Origin: Eledone cirrhosa
Lineage: Eukaryota
Direction of reading: 5' to 3'
NCBI GenBank assembly: GCA_964016885.1
Contig: OZ024743.1
Span: 10,664,001-10,728,000 of the forward strand
DNA length: 64,000 nucleotides
A model generated the notes under the pieces. The model had not been told where the DNA came from. It made no database searches and saw only the letters and a list, made by a program, of their open reading frames with translations. This document shows, piece by piece, positions 32,991-47,900 of this stretch (the first letter of the stretch is position 1; each line of letters begins with the position of its first letter). A program made the translations under genes and the position numbers.

Positions 32991-35900
32991 TTCAGCAGAT
33001 ATAAATGAGATGGTGGTTTGGGGTTGTTTCCACAGGTATAAATAAGGTGGTGGTTTGGGGTTGTTTCAACAGGAATAAATAAGGTGGTGGTTTGGTGTTG
33101 TTTCAACAGGTATAAATAGGGTCGTGGTTTGGTGTTGTTTCAACAGGTATAAACAAGGTGGTGTTTTGGTGTTGTTTCAACTGTTATAAATAAGGTGGTG
33201 GTTTGGTTTTGTGTCAACAGGTATAAATATGGTAGTGGTTTGGTGTTGTTTCAACAGCTATAAAGAAGGTCGTGGTTTGGTGTTGTTTCAACAGGTAATA
33301 ATTTGCTGGTGGTTTGGTGTTGTTTCAACAGGTATAGATAGGGTGGTGTTTTGGTGTTGTTCCAACAGGTATAAATAAGGTAGTGGTTTGGTGTTGTTTC
33401 AACAGGTAAAAATAAGATGGTGGTTTGGTGTTGTTTCAGCAGGTATAAATTTGGTGATGGTTTGGTGTTGTTTGAACAGGTATAAATAAGGTGGTGGTTT
33501 GGTTTTGTTTCAACAGGTATAAAGAAGGTGGTGGTTTGGTTTTGTTTCAACAGGTATAAATAAGGTGGTGGTTTGGTGTTGTTTCAACTGGTATAAATTT
33601 TTTGATGGTTTGGTGTTGTTTCAACAGGTATAAATAAGGTGGTGGTTTGGTGTTGTTTCAACTGGTATAAATTTGTTGATGGTTTGGTGTTGTTTCCACA
33701 GGTATAAAGAAGCTGGTGGTTTGGTGTTATTTCAACAGGTATAAATTAGGTGATCGTTTGGGGTTGTTTCAACAGGTATAAATGAGGTGGTGGTTTGGTG
33801 TTGTTCCAACATGTATAAATAAGGTGATGGTTTAGGGTTGTTTCAACAGGTATAAATAAGGTGATGGTTTAGGGTTGTTTCAACAGGTATAAATAAGGTG
33901 GTGGTTTGGTGTTGTTTCAACAGGTATAAAGAAGGTGGTGGTTCGGTGTTATTTCCACAGATATAAATAAGGTGGTCGTTTGGTGTTGTTTCAACAGGTA
34001 TAAATTTGGTTATGGTTTGGTGTTGTTTCAAGAGGTATAAATAAGGTGGTGGTTTGGTGTTGTTTCAACAGGTATAAATTTGTTGATGGTTTGGTGTTGT
34101 TTCAACAGGTATAAATAAGGTGGTGGTTTGATGTTATTTCAACAGGTATAAATGAGGTGTTGGTTTGGTGTTGTTTCAACAGGTATAAAGAAGGTGGTGG
34201 TTTGGTTTTGTTTCAACAGGTATAAATGAGGTATTGGGGTGGTGTTGTTTCAACAGGTATAAATGAGGTGGTAGTTTGTTGTTGTTTCAACAGGTATAAA
34301 TAGGGTGGTGTGTGGAGGTTGTTTCAGAAGGTATAATGAAGGTGGTGTGTTGGGGTTGTTTCAGATGGTATAAATAAGGTGGTGGTTTGGGGTTGTTTCA
34401 GCAGGTATAAATAAGGTGGTGGGTTGGGCTTGTTTCAGAAGGTATAAAGAAGGTGGTAGTTTGGGTTGTTTCAGCAGGTATAAATAAGGTGGTGGTTTGG
34501 TGTTGTTTCAACAGGTATAAATGAGGTGGTGGTTTGGTGTTGTTTCAGCAGGTATAAATTTAGTGATGGTTTGGTGTTATTTTGAACAGGTATAAATAAG
34601 GTGTGGTTTGGGGTTTTTTCAACAGGTATAATTAGGTTGTGGTTTGTTGTTATTTCAACAGGTATAAATGAGGTGGTGCCTTGGGGTTGTTTCAGCAGGT
34701 ATAAATAAGGTGGTGGTTTGGGGTTATTACAACAGGTATAAATAAGATGGTGGTATGGTGTTGTTGCAAAAGGTTTAAATAAGGTGGTAGTTTGGTGTTG
34801 TTTCAACAGGTATAAATAAGGTGATGGTTTGGTGTTGTTTCAACAGGTATAAATAAGGTGGTGGGTTGGGGTTGTTTCAACAGGTATAAATTTGGTGATG
34901 GTTTGGTGTTGTTTCAACAGCTATAAACAAGGTGGTGGTTTGGTGTTATTTCAACAGGTATAAATGAGGTGGTGGTTTGGTGTTGTTTCAACAGGGAGGA
35001 ATTTGTTGATGGTTTGGTGTTGTTTCAACAGGTATAAATAAGGTAGTGGTTTGGTGTTGTTTCAACAGGTATAAATGAGGTGTTGGGGTGATGTTGTTTC
35101 AACAGGTATAAATGAGGTGGTAGTTTGTTGTTGTTTCAACAGGTATAAATAAGGTGGTGTGTTGGGGTTGTTTCAGAAGGTATAAATAAGGTGGTGGTTT
35201 GGTGTTGTTCCAACAAATATAAATAGGGTGGCCATTTGGTGTTGTTTCAACAGGTATACATTTGGTGGTGGTTTGATGTTGTTTCAATAGGTATAAATAG
35301 GGTGGTGGTTTGGTGTTATTTCAACAGGTATAAATAAGGTGGTGGTTTGGTGTTGTTTCATCAAGCATAAATAAGGTGGTGGTTTGGTGTTGTTTCAACA
35401 GATATAAATTTGGTTATGGTTTGGTGTTATTTCAACAGGTATAAATAAGGTGGTGGTTTGGTGTTGTTTCATCAAGCATAAATGAGGTGGTGGTTTGGTG
35501 TTGTTCCAACAGGTATAAATTTGTTGATGGTTTGGTGTTGTTTCAACAGGTATAAATTTGTTGATGGTTTGGTGTTGTTTCAACAGGAATAAATAAGGTG
35601 GTGGTTTGGTGTTGTTTCAACAGGTATAAATAAGGTGGTGGTTTGGTGTTGTTTCAACAGGTATAAATAAGGTGGTGGTTTGGTGTTGTTTCAACAGGTA
35701 TAAATTTGTTGATGGTTTGGTGTTGTTTCAACAGGTATAAATAGGGTGGTGTGTTGGGGTTGTTTCAGAAGGTATAAAGAAGGTGGTGGTTTGGTGTTGT
35801 TTCAGAAGGTATAAATAAGGTGGTGGGTTGGGCTTGTTTCAGAAGGTATAAAGAAGGTGGTAGTTTGGGTTGTTTCAGCAGGTATAAATAAGGTGGTGGT

Positions 35901-38900
35901 TTGGTGTTGTTTCAACAGGTATAAAGGAGGTGGTGGTTTGGTGTTGTTTCAGCAGGTATAAATTTAGTGATGGTTTGGTGTTGTTTTAAACAGGTATAAA
36001 TAATGTGTGGTTTGGTGTTGTTTCATCAGGTATAATTAGGTTGTGGTTTGTTGTTATTTCAACAGGTATAAATGAAGTGGTGCCTTGGGGTTGTTTCAGC
36101 AGGTATAAATAAGGTGGTGGTTTGGGGTTATTACAACAGGTATAAATATGATGGTGGTGTGGTGTTGTTGCAACAGGTTTAAATAAGGTGGCGGTTTGGT
36201 GTTGTTTCAACAGGTATAAAGAAGGTGATGTTTTGGTGTTGTTTCAACAGGTATAAATAATGTGGTGGTTTGGTTTTGTTTCAACAGGTATAAAGAAGGT
36301 GGTGGGTTGGGGTTGTTTCAACAGGTATAAATTTGGTGATGGTTTGGTGTTGTTTCAACAGGTATAAAGAAGGTGGTGGTTTGGTGTTATTTGAACAGTT
36401 ATAAATTAGGTGGTGGTTTCGTGTTGTTTCAACAGGGATGAATTTGTTGATGGTTTGGTGTTGTTTCAACAGGTATAAACAAGGTAGTGATTTGGTGTTG
36501 TTTCAACAGGTATTAATAAGGTGGTGGTTTGGTTTTGTTTCAACAGGTATAAATGAGGTGTTGGGGTGGTGTTGTTTCAACAGGTATAAATGAGGTGGTA
36601 GTTTGTTGTTGTTTCAACAGGTATAAATAACGTGGTGGTTTGGTGTTGTTTCAACAGGTATAAATAAGGTGGTGTGTTGGGGTTGTTTCAGAAGGTATAA
36701 ATAAGGTGGTGGGTTGGGGTTGTTTCAGAAGGTATAAATAAGGTGGTCATTTGGTGTTGTTTCAACAGGTATACATTTGGTGGTGGTTTGATGTTGTTTC
36801 AACAGGTATAAACAGGGTGGTGGTTTGGTGTTGTTCCAACATGTATAAATAAGGTGGTAGTTTGGTGTTGTTTCAAGAGGTATAAATAAGGTGGTGGTTT
36901 GGTGTTGTTTCAACAGGTATAAATAAGGTGGTGGTTCGGTGTTGTTTCAACAGGTATAAATTTGGTTATGGTTTGGTGTTGTTTCAACAGGTATAAATGA
37001 GGTGGTGGTTTGGTGTTGTTTCAACAGGTATAAAGAAGGTGGTGGTTTGGTTTTGTTTCAACAGGTATAAATGAGGTGGTGGGGTGGTGTTGTTTCAGCA
37101 TGTATAAATAAGGTGGTGGTTTGGTGTTGTTCCAACAGGTATACATTTGGTGGTGGTTTGATGTTGTTTCAACAGGTATAAATAGGGTGGTGGTTTGGTG
37201 TTATTTCAACAGGTATAAATAAGGTGGTGGTTTGGCGTTGTTTCAACAGATATAAACAAGGTGGTGGTTTGGTGTTATTTCAACAGGTATAAATGAGGTG
37301 TTGGGGTGGTGTTGTTTCAACAGGTATAAATGAGGTGGTAGTTTGTTGTTGTTTCAACAGGTATAAATAAGGTGGTGGTTTGGGGTTGTTTCAGCAGGTA
37401 TAAAAAAGGTGGTGGTTTGGTGTTGTTTCAGCAGGTATAAATTTAGTGATGGTTTGGTGTTGTTTTGAACAGGTATAAATAAGGTGTGGTTTGGTGTTGT
37501 TTCAACAGGTATAATTAGGTTGTGGTTTGTTGTTATTTCAACAGGTATAAATGAAGTGGTGCCTTGGGGTTGTTTCAGCATGTATAAATAAGGTGGTGGT
37601 TTGGGGTTATTACAACAGGTATAAATAAGGTGATGGTTTGGTGTTGTTTCAACAGGTATAAATAAGGTGGTGGTTCGGTGTTTTTTCAACAGGTATAAAT
37701 AAGGTGGTGGGTTGGGGTTGTTTCAACAGGTATAAATTTGGTGATGGTTTGGTGTTGTTTCAACAGGTATAAACAGGGTGGTGGTTTGGTGTTATTTCAA
37801 CAGGTATAAATGAGGTGGTGGTTTGGTGTTGTTTCAACAGGGATGACTTTGTTGATGGTTTGGTGTTGTTTCAACAGGTAAAAATAAGGTAGTGGTTTGG
37901 TGTTGTTTCAACAGGTATAAATAAGGTGGTGGTTTGGTTTTGTTTCAACAGGTATAAATGAGGTGTTGGGGTGGTGTTGTTTCAACAGGTATAAATGAGG
38001 TGGTAGTTTGTTGTGTTTCAACAGGTATAAACAACGTGGTTGTTTGGTGTTGTTTCAACAGGTGTAAATAAGGTGGTGTGTTGGGGTTGTTTCAGAAGGT
38101 ATAAAAAAGGTGGTGGGTTGGGGTTGTTTCAGAAGGTATAAATAAATTGGTGGTTTGGTGTTGTTCCAACAGATATAAATAAGGTGGTCGTTTGGTGTTG
38201 TTTCAACAGGTATACATTTGGAGGTGGTTTGATGTTGTTTCAACAGGTATAAATAGGGTGGTGGTTTGGTGTTAGTTCAACAGGTATAAATAAGGTGGTG
38301 GTTTGGTGTTGTTTCATCAAGCATAAATGAGGTGGTGGTTTGGTTTTGTTTCAACAGGTATACATTTGGTTATGGTTTGGTGTTGTTTCAACAGTTATAA
38401 ATAAGGTGGTGGTTTGGTGTTGTTTCAACATGTATAAATTTGTTGATGGTTTGGTGTTGTTTCAACAGGTATAAATAATGTGGTGGTTTGGTGTTATTTC
38501 AACAGGTATAAATGAGGTGGTGGTTAGGTGTTGTTTCAACAGGTATAAAGAACGTGGTGGTTTGGTTTTGTTTCAACAGGTATAAATGAGGTGGTGGGGT
38601 GGTGTTGTTTCAGCACGTATAAATAAGGTGGTGGGTTGGGCTTGTTTCAGAAGGTATAAATAAGGTGGTAGTTTGGGTTGTTTCAGCAGGTATAAATAAG
38701 GTGGTGGTTTGGTGTTGTTTCAACAGGTATAAATGAGGTGGTGGTTTGGTGTTGTTTCAGCAGGTATAAATTTAGTGATGGTTTGGTGTTGTTTTAAACA
38801 GGTATAAATAAGGTGTGGTTTGGTGTTGTTTCAACAGGTATAATTAGGTTGTGGTTTGTTGTTATTTCAACAGGTATAAATGAAGTGGTGCCTTGGGGTT

Positions 38901-41900
38901 GTTTCAGCAGGTATAAATGAGGTGGTGGTTTGGGGTTATTACAACAGGTATGAATAAGATGGTGGTGTGGTGTTGTTGCAACAGGTTTAAATAAGGTGGT
39001 GGTTTGGTGTTGTTTCAACAGGTATAAAGAAGGTGATGTTTTGGTGTTGTTTCAACAGGTATAAATAAGGTGGTGGTTTTGTTTTGTTTCAACAGGTATA
39101 AAGAAGGTGGTGGGTTGGGGTTGTTTCAACAGGTATAAATTTGGTGATGGTTTGGTGTTGTTTCAACAGGTATAAACAAGGTGGTGGTTTGGTGTTATTT
39201 GAACAGTTATAAATTAGGTGGTGGTTTCGTGTTGTTTCAACAGGGATGAATTTGTTGATGGTTTGGTGTTGTTTCAACAGGTATAAAAAGGGTGGTGGTT
39301 TGGTGTTGTTTCAACAGGAATAAATAAGGTGGTGGTTTGGTTTTGTTTCAACAGGTATAAAGGAGGTGGTGGTTTGGTGTTTTTTCAACAGGTATAAAGA
39401 AGTTGGTGGTTTGGTGTTGTTTCAACAGGTATAAATTTGTTGATGGTTTGGTGTTGTTTCAACAGGTATAAATAGGGTGGTGGTTTGGGGTTGTTTCAGA
39501 AGGTATAAAGAAGGTGGTGGGTTGGGGTTGTTTCAGAAGGTATAAATAAGGTGGTGGTTTGGGGGTTGTTTCAGCAGGTATAAATAAGGTGGTGGGTTGG
39601 GCTTGTTTCAACAGGTATAAAGAAGGTGGTGGTTTGGTTTTGTTTCAACAGGTATAAATAAGGTGGTGGTTTGGTGTTGTTTCAACTGGTATAAATTTGT
39701 TGATGGTTTGGTGTTGTTTCCACAGGTATAAAGAAGCTGGTGGTTTGGTGTTATTTCAACAGGTATAAATTAGGTGATCGTTTGGGGTTGTTTCAACAGG
39801 TATAAATGAGGTGGTGGTTTGCTGTTGTTCCAACATGTATAAATAAGGTGATGGTTTAGGGTTGTTTCAACAGGTATAAATGAGGTGGTGGTTTGGTGTT
39901 GTTTCAACAGGTATAAATAAGGTGATGGTTTAGGGTTGTTTCAAGAGGTATAAATAAGGTGATGGTTTAGGGTTGTTTCAACAGGTATAAATAAGGTGGT
40001 TGTTTGGTGTTGTTTCAACAGGTATAAAGAAGGTGGTGGTTCGGTGTTATTTCAACAGATATAAATAAGGTGGTCGTTTGGTGTTGTTTCAACAGGTATA
40101 AATTTGTTGATGGTTTGGTGTTGTTTCAACAGGTATAAATAAGGTGGTGGTTTGGTGTTATTTCAACAGGTATAAATGAGGTGTTGGTTTGGTGTTGTTT
40201 CAACAGGTATAAAGAAGGTGGTGGTTTGGTTTTGTTTCAACAGGTATAAATGAGGTATTGGGGTGGTGTTGTTTCAACAGGTATAAATGAGGTGGTAGTT
40301 TGTTGTTGTTTCAACAGGTATAAATAGGGTGGTGTGTGGAGGTTGTTTCAGAAGGTATAATGAAGGTGGTGTGTTGGGGTTGTTTCAGATGGTATAAATA
40401 AGGTGGTGGTTTGGGGTTGTTTCAGCAGGTATAAATAAGGTGGTGGGTTGGGCTTGTTTCAGAAGGTATAAAGAAGGTGGTAGTTTGGGTTGTTTCAGCA
40501 GGTATAAATAAGGTGGTGGTTTGGTGTTGTTTCAACACGTATAAATGAGGTGGTGGTTTGGTGTTGTTTCAGCAGGTATAAATTTAGTGATGGTTTGGTG
40601 TTATTTTGAACAGGTATAAATAAGGTGTGGTTTGGTGTTTTTTCAACAGGTATAATTAGGTTGTGGTTTGTTGTTATTTCAACAGGTATAAATGAGGTGG
40701 TGCCTTGGGGTTGTTTCAGCAGGTATAAATAAGGTGGTGGTTTGGGGTTATTACAACAGGTATAAATAAGATGGTGGTGTGGTGTTGTTGCAAAAGGTTT
40801 AAATAAGGTGGTAGTTTGGTGTTGTTTCAACAGGTATAAATAAGGTGATGGTTTGGTGTTGTTTCAACAGGTATAAATAAGGTGGTGGGTTGGGGTTGTT
40901 TCAACAGGTATAAATTTGGTGATGGTTTGGTGTTGTTTCAACAGCTATAAACAAGGTGGTGGTTTGGTGTTATTTCAACAGGTATAAATAAGGTAGTGGT
41001 TTGGTGTTGTTTCAACAGGTATAAATAAGGTGGTGGTTTGGTGTTGTTTCAACAGGGAGGAATTTGTTGATGGTTTGGTGTTGTTTCAACAGGTATAAAT
41101 AAGGTAGTGGTTTGGTGTTGTTTCAACAGGTATAAATAAGGTGGTGGTTTGGTTTTGTTTCAACAGGTATAAATGAGGTGGTGGGGTGGTGTTGTTTCAG
41201 CAGGTATAAATAAGGCAGTGATTTGGTTTTGTTTCAACAGGTATAAATGAGGTGTTGGGGTGATGTTGTTTCAACAGGTATAAATGAGGTGGTAGTTTGT
41301 TGTTGTTTCAACAGGTATAAATAAGGTGGTGTGTTGTGGTTGTTTCAGAAGGTATAAATAAGGTGGTGGTTTGGTGTTGTTCCAACAAATATAAATAGGG
41401 TGGCCATTTGGTGTTGTTTCAACAGGAATACATTTGGTGGTGGTTTGATGTTGTTTCAATAGGTATAAATAGGGTGGTGGTTTGGTGTTATTTCAACAGG
41501 TATAAATAAGGTGGTGGTTTGGTGTTGTTTCATCAAGCATAAATGAGGTGGTGGTTTGGTGTTGTTTCAACAGATATAAATTTGGTTATGGTTTGGTGTT
41601 ATTTCAACAGGTATAAATAAGGTGGTGGTTTGGTGTTGTTTCATCAAGCATAAATGAGGTGGTGGTTTGGTGTTGTTCCAACAGGTATAAATTTGTTGAT
41701 GGTTTGGTGTTGTTTCAACAGGTATAAATTTGTTGATGGTTTGGTGTTGTTTCAACAGGAATAAATAAGGTGGTGGTTTGGTGTTGTTTCAACAGGTATA
41801 AATAAGGTGGTGGTTTGGTGTTGTTTCAACAGGTATAAATAAGGTGGTGGTTTGGTGTTGTTTCAACAGGTATAAATTTGTTGATGGTTTGGTGTTGTTT

Positions 41901-44900
41901 CAACAGGTATAAATAGGGTGGTGTGTTGGGGTTGTTTCAGAAGGTATAAAGAAGGTGGTGGTTTGGTGTTGTTTCAGAAGGTATAAATAAGGTGGTGGGT
42001 TGGGCTTGTTTCAGAAGGTATAAAGAAGGTGGTAGTTTGGGTTGTTTCAGCAGGTATAAATAAGGTGGTGGTTTGGTGTTGTTTCAACAGGTATAAAGGA
42101 GGTGGTGGTTTGGTGTTGTTTCAGCAGGTATAAATTTAGTGATGGTTTGGTGTTGTTTTAAACAGGTATAAATAATGTGTGGTTTGGTGTTGTTGCATCA
42201 GGTATAATTAGGTTGTGGTTTGTTGTTATTTCAACAGGTATAAATGAAGTGGTGCCTTGGGGTTGTTTCAGCAGGTATAAATAAGGTGGTGGTTTGGGGT
42301 TATTACAACAGGTATAAATATGATGGTGGTGTGGTGTTGTTGCAACAGGTTTAAATAACGTGGCGGTTTGGTGTTGTTTCAACAGGTATAAAGAAGGTGA
42401 TGTTTTGGTGTTGTTTCAACAGGTATAAATAATGTGGTGGTTTGGTTTTGTTTCAACAGGTATAAAGAAGGTGGTGGGTTGGGGTTGTTTCAACAGGTAT
42501 AAATTTGGTGATGGTTTGGTGTTGTTTCAACAGGTATAAAGAAGGTGGTGGTTTGGTGTTATTTGAACAGTTATAAATTAGGTGGTGGTTTCGTGTTGTT
42601 TCAACAGGGATGAATTTGTTGATGGTTTGGTGTTGTTTCAACAGGTATAAAGAAGGTAGTGATTTGGTGTTGTTTTAACAGGTATTAATAAGGTGGTGGT
42701 TTGGTTTTGTTTCAACAGGTATAAATGAGGTGGTGGGGTGGTGTTGTTTCAGCAAGTATAAATAAGGTGGTGGTTTGGTTTTGTTTCAACAGGTATAAAT
42801 GAGGTGTTGGGGTGGTGTTGTTTCAACAGGTATAAATGAGGTGGTAGTTTGTTGTTGTTTCAACAGGTATAAATAACGTGGTGGTTTGGTGTTGTTTCAA
42901 CAGGTATAAATAGGGTGGTGTGTTGGGGTTGTTTCAGAAGGTATAAATAAGGTGGTGGGTTGGGGTTGTTTCAGAAGGTATAAATAAGGTGGTCATTTGG
43001 TGTTGTTTCAACAGGTATACATTTGGTGGTGGTTTGATGTTGTTTCAACAGGTATAAACAGGGTGGTGGTTTGGTGTTGTTCCAACATGTATAAATAAGG
43101 TGGTGGTTTGGTGTTGTTTCAAGAGGTATAAATAAGGTGGTGGTTTGGTGTTGTTTCAGCAGGTATAAATAAGGTGGTGGTTCGGTGTTGTTTCAACAGG
43201 TATAAATTTGGTTATGGTTTGGTGTTGTTTCAACAGGTATAAATGAGGTGGTGGTTTGGTGTTGTTTCAACAGGTATAAATGAGGTGGTGGTTTGGTGTT
43301 GTTTCAACAGGTATAAAGAAGGTGGTGGTTTGGTTTTGTTTCAACAGGTATAAATGAGGTGGTGGGGTGGTGTTGTTTCAGCATGTATAAATAAGGTGGT
43401 GGTTTGGTGTTGTTCCAACAGGTATACATTTGGTGGTGGTTTGATGTTGTTTCAACAGGTATAAATAGGGTGGTGGTTTGGTGTTATTTCAACAGGTATA
43501 AATAAGGTGGTGGTTTGGCGTTGTTTCAACAGATATAAACAAGGTGGTGGTTTGGTGTTATTTCAACAGGTATAAATGAGGTGTTGGGGTGGTGTTGTTT
43601 CAACAGGTATAAATGAGGTGGTAGTTTGTTGTTGTTTCAACAGGTATAAATAAGGTGGTGGTTTGGGGTTGTTTCAGCAGGTATAAAAAAGGTGGTGGTT
43701 TGGTGTTGTTTCAGCAGGTATAAATTTAGTGATGGTTTGGTGTTGTTTTGAACAGGTATAAATAAGGTGTGGTTTGGTGTTGTTTCGACAGGTATAATTA
43801 GGTTGTGGTTTGTTGTTATTTCAACAGGTATAAATGAAGTAGTGCCTTGGGGTTGTTTCAGCAGGTATAAATAAGGTGGTGGTTTGGGGTTATTACAACA
43901 GGTATAAATAAGGTGATGGTTTGGTGTTGTTTCAACAGGTATAAATAAGGTGGTGGTTTGGTGTTTTTTCAACAGGTATAAATAAGGTGGTGGGTTGGGG
44001 TTGTTTCAACAGGTATAAATTTGGTGATGGTTTGGTGTTGTTTCAACAGGTATAAACAAGGTGGTGGTTTGGTGTTATTTCAACAGGTATAAATGAGGTG
44101 GTGGTTTGGTGTTGTTTCAACAGGGATGATTTTGTTGATGGTTTGGTGTTGTTTCAACAGGTAAAAATAAGGTAGTGGTTTGGTGTTATTTCAAGAGGTA
44201 TACATAAGGTGGTGGTTTGGTGTTGTTTCAACAGGTATAAATAAGATGGTGGTTCGGTGTTGTTTCAACAGGTATAAATTTGGTTATGGTTTGGTGTTGT
44301 TTCAACAGGTATAAATGAGGTGGTGGTTTGGTGTTGTTTCAACAGGTATAAATGAGGTGGTGGTTTGGTGTTGTTTCAACAGGTATAAAGAAGGTGGTGG
44401 TTTGGTTTTGTTTCAACAGGTATAAATGAGGTGGTGGTTTGGTGTTGTTTCAACAGGGAGGAATTTGTTGATGGTTTGGTGTTGTTTCAACAGGTATAAA
44501 TAAGGTAGTGGTTTGGTGTTGTTTCAACAGGTATAAATAAGGTGGTGGTTTTGTTTTGTTTCAACAGATATAAATGAGGTGTTGGGGTGGTGTTGTTTCA
44601 GCAAGTATAAAGAAGGCAGTGATTTGGTTTTGTTTCAACAGGTATAAAAGAGGTGTTGGGGTGATGTTGTTTCAACAGGTATAAATGAGGTGGTAGTTTG
44701 TTGTTGTTTCAACAGGTATAAATAAGGTGGTGTGTTGGGGTTGTTTCAGAAGGTATAAATAAGGTGGTGGTTTGGTGTTGTTCCAACAAATATAAATAGG
44801 GTGGCCATTTGGTGTTGTTTCAACAGGTATACATTTGGTGGTGGTTTGATGTTGTTTCAATAGGTATAAATAGGGTGGTGGTTTGGTGTTATTTCAACAG

Positions 44901-47900
44901 GTATAAATAAGGTGGTGGTTTGGTGTTGTTTCATCAAGCATAAATGGGGTGGTGGTTTGGTGTTGTTTCAACAGATATAAATTTGGTTATGGTTTGGTGT
45001 TATTTCAACAGGTATAAATAAGGTGGTGGTTTGGTGTTGTTTCATCAAGCATAAATGAGGTGGTGGTTTGGTGTTGTTCCAACAGGTATAAATTTGTTGA
45101 TGGTTTGGTGTTGTTTCAACAGGTATAAATTTGTTGATGGTTTGGTGTTGTTTCAACAGGAATAAATAAGGTGGTGGTTTGGTGTTGTTTCAACAGGTAT
45201 AAATAAGGTGGTGGTTTGGTGTTGTTTCAACAGGTATAAATAAGGTGGTGGTTTGGTGTTGTTTCAACAGGTATAAATTTGTTGATGGTTTGGTGTTGTT
45301 TCAACAGGTATAAATAGGGTGGTGTTTTGGGGTTGTTTCAGAAGGTATAAAGAAGGTGGTGGTTTGGTGTTGTTTCAGAAGGTATAAATAAGGTGGTGGG
45401 TTGGGCTTGTTTCAGAAGGTATAAAGAAGGTGGTAGTTTGGGTTGTTTCAGCAGGTATAAATAAGGTGGTGGTTTGGTGTTGTTTCAACAGGTATAAAGG
45501 AGGTGGTGGTTTGGTGTTGTTTCAGCAGGTATAAATTTAGTGATGGTTTGGTGTTGTTTTAAACAGGTATAAATAATGTGTGGTTTGGTGTTGTTTCATC
45601 AGGTATAATTAGGTTGTGGTTTGTTGTTATTTCAACAGGTATAAATGAAGTGGTGCCTTGGGGTTGTTTCAGCAGGTATAAATAAGGTGGTGGTTTGGGG
45701 TTGTTTCAACAGGTATAAATTTGGTGATGGTTTGGTGTTGTTTCAACAGGTATAAAGAAGGTGGTGGTTTGGTGTTATTTGAACAGTTATAAATTAGGTG
45801 GTGGTTTCGTGTTGTTTCAACAGGGATGAATTTGTTGATGGTTTGGTGTTGTTTCAACAGGTATAAAGAAGGTAGTGATTTGTTGTTGTTTCAACAGGTA
45901 TTAATAAGGTGGTGGTTTGGTTTTGTTTCAACAGGTATAAATGAGGTGGTGGGGTGGTGTTGTTTCAGCAAGTATAAATAAGGTGGTGGTTTGGTTTTGT
46001 TTCAACAGGTATAAATGAGGTGTTGGGGTGGTGTTGTTTCAACAGGTATAAATGAGGTGGTAGTTTGTTGTTGTTTCAACAGGTATAAATAACGTGGTGG
46101 TTTGGTGTTGTTTCAACAGGTATAAATAAGGTGGTGTGTTGGGGTTGTTTCAGAAGATATAAATAAGGTGGTGGGTTGAGGTTGTTTCAGAAGGTATAAA
46201 TAAGGTGGTCATTTGGTGTTGTTTCAACAGGTATACATTTGGTGGTGGTTTGATGTTGTTTCAACAGGTATAAACAGGGTGGTGTTTTGGTGTTGTTCCA
46301 ACATGTATAAATAAGGTGGTGGTTTGGTGTTGTTTCAAGAGGTATAAATAAGGTGGTGGTTTGGTGTTGTTTCAACAGGTATAAATAAGGTAGTGGTTCG
46401 GTGTTGTTTCAACAGGTATAAATTTGGTTATGGTTTGGTGTTGTTTCAACAGGTATAAATGAGGTGGTGGTTTGGTGTTGTTTCAACAGGTATAAATGAG
46501 GTGGTGGTTTGGTGTTGTTTCAACAGGTATAAAGAAGCTGGTGGTTTGGTTTTGTTTCAACAGGTATAAATGAGGTGGTGGGGTGGTGTTGTTTCAGCAT
46601 GTATAAATAAGGTGGTGGTTTGGTGTTGTTCCAACAGGTATACATTTGGTGGTGGTTTGATGTTGTTTCAACAGGTATAAATAGGGTGGTGGTTTGGTGT
46701 TATTTCAACAGGTATAAATAAGGTGGTGGTTTGGTGTTATTTCAACAGGTATAAATGAGGTGTTGGGGTGGTGTTGTTTCAACAGGTATAAATGAGGTGG
46801 TAGTTTGTTGTTGTTTCAACAGGTATAAATAAGGTGGTGGTTTGGGGTTGTTTCAGCAGGTATAAAAAAGGTGGTGGTTTGGTGTTGTTTCAGCAGGTAT
46901 AAATTTAGTGATGGTTTGGTGTTGTTTTGAACAGGTATAAATAAGGTGTGGTTTGGTGTTGTTTCAACAGGTATAATTAGGTTGTGGTTTGTTGTTATTT
47001 CAACAGGTATAAATGAAGTAGTGCCTTGGGGTTGTTTCAGCAGGTATAAATAAGGTGGTGGTTTGGGGTTATTACAACAGGTATAAATAAGGTGATGGTT
47101 TGGTGTTGTTTCAACAGGTATAAATAAGGTGGTGGTTTGGTGTTTTTTCAACAGGTATAAATAAGGTGGTGGGTTGGGGTTGTTTCAACAGGTATAAATT
47201 TGGTGATGGTTTGGTGTTGTTTCAACAGGTATAAACAAGGTGGTGGTTTGGTGTTATTTCAACAGGTATAAATGAGGTGGTGGTTTGGTGTTGTTTCAAC
47301 AGGGATGATTTTGTTGATGGTTTGGTGTTGTTTCAACAGGTAAAAATAAGGTAGTGGTTTGGTGTTGTTTCAACAGGTATAAATAAGGTGGTGGTTTGGT
47401 TTTGTTTCAACAGGTATAAATAAGGTGGTGGTTTGGTGTTGTTTCAACAGGTATAAATGAGGTGGTAGTTTGTTGTGTTTCAACAGGTATAAACAACGTG
47501 GTTGTTTGGTGTTGTTTCAACAGGTGTAAATAAGGTGGTGTGTTGGGGTTGTTTCAGAAGGTATAAAAAAGGTGGTGGGTTGGGGTTGTTTCAGAAGGTA
47601 TAAATAAATTGGTGGTTTGGTGTTGTTCCAACAGATATAAATAAGGTGGTCGTTTGGTGTTGTTTCAACAGGTATACATTTGGAGGTGGTTTGATGTTGT
47701 TTCAACAGGTATAAATAAGGTGGTGGTTTGGTGTTGTTTCATCAAGCATAAATGAGGTGGTGGTTTGGTTTTGTTTCAACAGGTATACATTTGGTTATGG
47801 TTTGGTGTTGTTTCAACAGTTATAAATAAGGTGGTGGTTTGGTGTTGTTTCAACGTGTATAAATTTGTTGATGGTTTGGTGTTGTTTCAACAGATATAAA

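Noticed and set aside
33711-33720. Chi-like GCTGGTGG and telomere-like TTAGGG variants in the satellite
   Set aside because: These are sporadic single-base variants of the monomer, not tandem telomeric repeats, and Chi has no meaning in this context.
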